A DNA stretch of 64,000 nt from an uncultured Candidatus Saccharibacteria bacterium (lineage in GTDB: Bacteria > Patescibacteriota > Saccharimonadia > Saccharimonadales > Saccharimonadaceae), in the NCBI GenBank assembly GCA_937915225.1, contig CALDNO010000002.1:75911-139910 (forward strand), given 5' to 3'. The translations under genes were made by a program, and so were the position numbers. The notes under the pieces are model-generated. The model saw only the letters and a list, made by a program, of their open reading frames with translations, did not search any database and had not been told where the DNA came from. This document shows, piece by piece, positions 60,735 to 64,000 of the stretch (the stretch's first letter is position 1; each line of letters begins with the position of its first letter).

Positions 60735-61310
60735 CTAACTAGCGTTATTTTGCAGATTTCTAATGTTCGTGTCATACGGAATTTTCCATAATTCGCCGTC
60801 GATATTCAGGTTTTTCAGAAAATTGTACATTTGTTGTTGAATGTTTTTTACGTCGACACTGTCTTCAGTCAAAACTTCCAGCTCAATAAATAGCCCTAGC
60901 CCAACAACTTCATCGATGCAGACCGTATAGTCCTCAGTTTTCGATTCAAGGCGGACTTTATCAACCGTGACAACTTCTTGCCAGTCCAGCGCTGCGAGCA
61001 TTTGGCGCGCCACATTTCCGTCATCAACTGCAAATTCATATTCATCAGACGCTAGCTTTGTCTGTCCCTCGACCTTCAGCGTCATCAAGCTCTGCTGCAA
61101 CTCGCCAGTTTCCGGATTAAGAACATCGCGCACTCGCATAATTTTTGAGCCAGGAACAATTGGCGCGTCAACTTGCTCGGGCAATAAAAATACTGTATCA
61201 ATTTGGCGTTTGCTTGAGATGGGTGCGATGAATTGGCTTTTTAGTGTGGCGATGAGATTATCACGAGTAACATCAGACGCTAATTTGAATTTGGATTCGA
61301 TTTCAATCAT
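60735..61310 (-). CDS. CYTH-domain protein (class IV adenylate cyclase-like)
   Basis: MIEIESK, QIDT, DEVVGLGLFIELE. Confidence 0.88.
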   Translation of the reverse strand: MIEIESKFKLASDVTRDNLIATLKSQFIAPISSKRQIDTVFLLPEQVDAPIVPGSKIMRVRDVLNPETGELQQSLMTLKVEGQTKLASDEYEFAVDDGNVARQMLAALDWQEVVTVDKVRLESKTEDYTVCIDEVVGLGLFIELEVLTEDSVDVKNIQQQMYNFLKNLNIDGELWKIPYDTNIRNLQNNAS

Positions 61311-62170
61311 AAGCTTCCTCGTTTGGACTTCGCTATAAGATGACTCGTTTTTGGTGAATATTTTCCCGCCAAATACTCTTTTATAATTTCCGACAGCTTC
61401 TTCGCATATTTATCGGTTATTTCGTGCCGCTGAGTTGCCATTGACGTATGAGTGATATTGTTATGATCTTTTGCTAATTTCTTCAGATTTCTCTCGACAA
61501 TCAGCGGGTCAAGTTTACCCGACAAAATAGCAATCGGAAGAGTGAGCTTAGTAATGTCATTCATTGTCGTCTGATTGATAATCGCGGTGTTCAGGGCGAT
61601 TAAAAACGACTCGGAGGTAACCTCATCGGCCTTAAATCCAGCGTCAGGCCAAATATTGTGCCGATCAGCGAATTGCAAAAAGCGTTTCGAACTGCGCGGA
61701 TGACTATTGAAAAACTCATAAAGCGCACGCAAAATTTTCTCTGGATGATGATTTTTTTCGTCAACCCTCGGATAATATATAGGTGGACTGCACAAAATCA
61801 GTGACTTGCTTAACTTTGGATATTGCTTGGCGAGCTCTACTGCGGCCAGCGAGCCCATAGAATGACCGATGACAATATCGACGTGATTTATGAATTCCCT
61901 ACGCAAAGTGGCGACAATACTTGCGGCTTGGTCGTGGGCGTTGTAGGACTTCCAATCAGGCTTGGGCGAATTGCCAAATCCCAGCATGTCAATTGCTATA
62001 ACTCGCGTATCCTTCGGTAAATACGGCTCCAGCGGCGTCCATGTTTGCCACGAAGCTCCCAGACCGTGGATGAGTAAGATTGTCGCTTTCGGTTTTTCTG
62101 GACGAGAAAAATAATGCACGTTCAATGCATACGGAATCCGCAACCAGCGATGGATAATCTTGTCCAACAT
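61307..62170 (-). CDS. Alpha/beta hydrolase
   Basis: LIHGLG, DMLGFGNS, GHSMG. Confidence 0.9.
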   Translation of the reverse strand: MLDKIIHRWLRIPYALNVHYFSRPEKPKATILLIHGLGASWQTWTPLEPYLPKDTRVIAIDMLGFGNSPKPDWKSYNAHDQAASIVATLRREFINHVDIVIGHSMGSLAAVELAKQYPKLSKSLILCSPPIYYPRVDEKNHHPEKILRALYEFFNSHPRSSKRFLQFADRHNIWPDAGFKADEVTSESFLIALNTAIINQTTMNDITKLTLPIAILSGKLDPLIVERNLKKLAKDHNNITHTSMATQRHEITDKYAKKLSEIIKEYLAGKYSPKTSHLIAKSKRGSL

Positions 62171-62239
62171 ATTTTTAGTATACTATGAAAATACTCCGCC
62201 TGCATGTGAAACGGAGTATTTTGTGATAGCTTTTCTGTA

Positions 62240-62635
62240 CTAACGCTTAGAGAATTGTTCGCGCTTACGAGCAGAACGAAGACCGTATTTCTTGCGCTCT
62301 TTCTCGCGTGGGTCGCGCTTCAATAGCTCAGCCTTCTTCAGAACTGGACGCAGGTCAGCGTGAGCAGCTGTCAAAGCTTTTGCGATGCCAAGCTTGATAG
62401 CGTCAACTTGACCAGCTAAGCCGCCACCCTTAACTAGGATAGTAACGTCGAATTCTTTTTGCTTGCTGACAATTGCAAGTGGATCGGTTACTTCTGCTAG
62501 AAGAGTTTTGTTGCCATCCAGGTACTCAGCAGCAGGCTTGCCATTGATTGTAATGGTGCCTTTGCCAGGAAGTAGGCGAACGCTTGCTGAAGCGCTTTTG
62601 CGTCGACCTAAGCCGTAGAAATAAGTATCAGCCAT
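62240..62635 (-). CDS. rpsI: 30S ribosomal protein S9
   Basis: GRRK, GGGLAGQ, ERKKYG, QFSKR. Confidence 0.98.
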   Translation of the reverse strand: MADTYFYGLGRRKSASASVRLLPGKGTITINGKPAAEYLDGNKTLLAEVTDPLAIVSKQKEFDVTILVKGGGLAGQVDAIKLGIAKALTAAHADLRPVLKKAELLKRDPREKERKKYGLRSARKREQFSKR

Positions 62636-62636
62636 A

Positions 62637-63068
62637 TTACTTCACCTCAACTTTCTCTGGTGTTTGTGCTGTGTGAGCGTGGTCGCTGCCAGCAAAAATG
62701 CGTAGACGCTTTAGGCGCTCTGCTTGCAATTTGTTCTTTGGCAACATACCTTTAACAGCTTCTTCAATAATTCGCTCTGGGTGGCGTTCGCGCATTTCTT
62801 TGAATTGCGTTTCCTTAATTCCACCTGGGAAACCACTGTGGCGATAGTAATACTTATCAGTTTCCTTGTATCCAGTAACGACTGTTTGCGCAGCATTGAT
62901 AACAACTACGTAGTCGCCACCGTCAATATGAGGAGTGTAAGTTGGCTTGTATTTACCAGTCAAATGCTTGGCAATTTCTGTAGCCAAACGTCCAAGTGGT
63001 AATTCGCTAGCGTCAAACAATACCCAACGGCGAGAAACTTCAGATGGTTTTTGTGAATAAGTCTTCAT
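62637..63068 (-). CDS. rplM: 50S ribosomal protein L13
   Basis: LGRLAT, YTPHIDGGD, HSGFPGG, KGMLP; true start 63068. Confidence 0.98.
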   Translation of the reverse strand: MKTYSQKPSEVSRRWVLFDASELPLGRLATEIAKHLTGKYKPTYTPHIDGGDYVVVINAAQTVVTGYKETDKYYYRHSGFPGGIKETQFKEMRERHPERIIEEAVKGMLPKNKLQAERLKRLRIFAGSDHAHTAQTPEKVEVK

Positions 63069-63069
63069 C

Positions 63070-63456
63070 TTATTTTCCTTCCTTTGGCATTGGTTTAATA
63101 TCGTCAACAAACTCGATGATCGCCATTTGAGCGCCGTCGCCAACTCGCAAACGTGTTCGTTCAACGCGAACGTGTCCGCTGGTTCGACCACTTAGCTGTG
63201 GCGCGATTTCATCAACTAGTTTGTAAGCAGCGGCGCGTGTGCTTAATGCTGCAATCACCTGACGTCGGCTAGCTAGGTCACCCTTTTTAGCCTTGGTGAT
63301 GATTTTTTCAATGTGACGCTTTAGTTCCTTAGCCTTTGGCAAGGTGGTCTCGATTTTTCCGTACTCAACCAAGCTGGTAGCCAGACCTTTGAGTAGGGCT
63401 CGTCGCTGATCACGCTCGCGGCCGAACTTGCGCCCTTGATATCCGTGTCTATGCAT
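63070..63456 (-). CDS. rplQ: 50S ribosomal protein L17
   Basis: MHRH..RKFGR, IETTLPKAKE, RVGDGAQMA. Confidence 0.98.
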   Translation of the reverse strand: MHRHGYQGRKFGRERDQRRALLKGLATSLVEYGKIETTLPKAKELKRHIEKIITKAKKGDLASRRQVIAALSTRAAAYKLVDEIAPQLSGRTSGHVRVERTRLRVGDGAQMAIIEFVDDIKPMPKEGK

Positions 63457-63458
63457 AG

Positions 63459-64000
63459 TTAAAACTCCAACTCCGCCATCTTGTCACGTACTTCGTCTAG
63501 TGCCTTTGAACCGAAACCTTTCAATTCTCGCAAATCTTGCTCAGTCAAAGTTACCAAATCGCGAATAGTGCGGATTTCATTGTTAATTAGCGCGTTCGTC
63601 GTGCGGGCGCTTAAGTTTAATTCTTCAATTGGCATTGCTAGCTCTGACTCTTCGTCTTCCTTAGCTGTGCCAAGTGCTGGCGCGCCAGTTACCATCGTGT
63701 TGCCAGCCAAAGCTGTGTATTGGTTAACAAGGATCGCTGCTGCTTCTTCGAACGCCTCACGAGGTGTGATTGTGCCGTTAGTTTCAACAGTGATTGCCAA
63801 TTTGTCCAAGTTTGTCTCCTGGCCAACACGAGTTGAGTCGACTTTGTAGCGAACGCGTAGAACTGGTGAGTACATTGCATCAATAGCAATCATGTCACTG
63901 TGCAAACGCTTTTCGCTTGATTCTTCAATTGTCTGGTAACCGCAACCTGCCTCAACTACCAAATCCATAACCAAATGCTTGTTTGGGTCGTCGATTGTAG
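63459..64000 (-). CDS. rpoA: RNA polymerase alpha subunit (5' part outside window)
   Basis: DAMYSPV, IEELNLSART.N.L, GFGSKAL. Confidence 0.96.
   Translation of the reverse strand, partial: TIDDPNKHLVMDLVVEAGCGYQTIEESSEKRLHSDMIAIDAMYSPVLRVRYKVDSTRVGQETNLDKLAITVETNGTITPREAFEEAAAILVNQYTALAGNTMVTGAPALGTAKEDEESELAMPIEELNLSARTTNALINNEIRTIRDLVTLTEQDLRELKGFGSKALDEVRDKMAELEF

Overview
Core-genome window from a small-genome bacterium, most likely a Saccharibacterium (TM7, CPR). This is inferred from the gene set and order, the long Cys-free L33 and pervasive leaderless genes; TGA is used as stop. Housekeeping content: atpAGDC, a UvrD-nuclease fusion, cysS, recR-ybaB, dnaB-dnaX, rplL/J/A/K, nusG-secE, eno, holB, trpS, rpsI-rplM-rplQ-rpoA and five canonical tRNAs. 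The strongest candidate for an undescribed system is 25456-27420: two tandem transcription cassettes with unrelated orphan ORFs inside the same RNA scaffold (promoter, covarying 5' hairpin, boxA-like motif, ~30-bp G-U-rich hairpin, strong SD, ORF, a 3' segment complementary to that cassette's own 5' leader, near-identical terminator). A second candidate is 6285-6936: a structured transcript encoding a 50-aa four-CxxC microprotein missed by the ORF track and a tRNA-like RNA whose anticodon arm is replaced by a long hairpin. Also seen: a likely Trp leader-peptide attenuator before racemase-trpS, an L10 leader attenuator, a G8-frameshifted kinase-like gene, and two single-gene insertions flanked by duplicated gene 3' ends. 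All structures were paired by eye; no database search or folding program was run.
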